This document shows, piece by piece, positions 63,866 through 64,000 of a stretch of DNA of 64,000 nt. The notes beneath the pieces are model-generated. The model was not told the origin of the DNA. It worked only from the letters and a program-made list of their open reading frames with translations, and made no database searches. The stretch's first letter is position 1, and every line of letters begins with the position of its first letter. Made by a program: the position numbers and the translations under genes. Source of the DNA: Eledone cirrhosa (taxonomy: Eukaryota); contig OZ024743.1 in assembly GCA_964016885.1 (NCBI GenBank), forward strand, positions 334,924,001 to 334,988,000, read 5' to 3'.

Positions 63866-64000
63866 TGTAGAGTCCATCCCGACTTCACTCACTCGGCATT
63901 GTTTAAACCGAGGCTCTTGTACCTTAAATTTGTCAACGTTGCCACGCAGTGTGGCCAAATTCCGAGCCTAATGATTGCAAAGCGAACCGCGTAATTATTT

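Overview
Gene-free, extremely repeat-rich eukaryotic (animal) DNA. The SINE and satellite content looks cephalopod/octopus-like, but that is an inference. No host protein-coding gene is supported; most ORFs in the track are (TA)n/(CA)n/(TACA)n artefacts or antisense shadows. The window is a stack of retroelements in microsatellites: Penelope-like elements (PLEs; RT + C-terminal GIY-YIG) of at least two lineages, R4/Dong-like LINEs with (TAA)n tails, RTE LINEs with (ATGT)n tails, CR1-group LINEs, tRNA-derived SINEs and one DD37D Tc1/mariner relic. Reading by eye finds about 25 type I hammerhead ribozyme (HHR) motifs. Two things stand out. First, non-coding 467-474 bp and ~553 bp tandem units carry one HHR per unit, show compensatory base changes between subfamilies and have circularly permuted ends. 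These are candidate retrozyme-like circular-RNA retroelements, and one family also conserves an octamer/PSE-like/TATA block. Second, about a dozen fold-back (5'-to-5' inverted) insertions have 3' ends anchored in (TA)n, several with a short perfect hairpin exactly at the junction. All structures were assigned by eye, without folding software or database searches.
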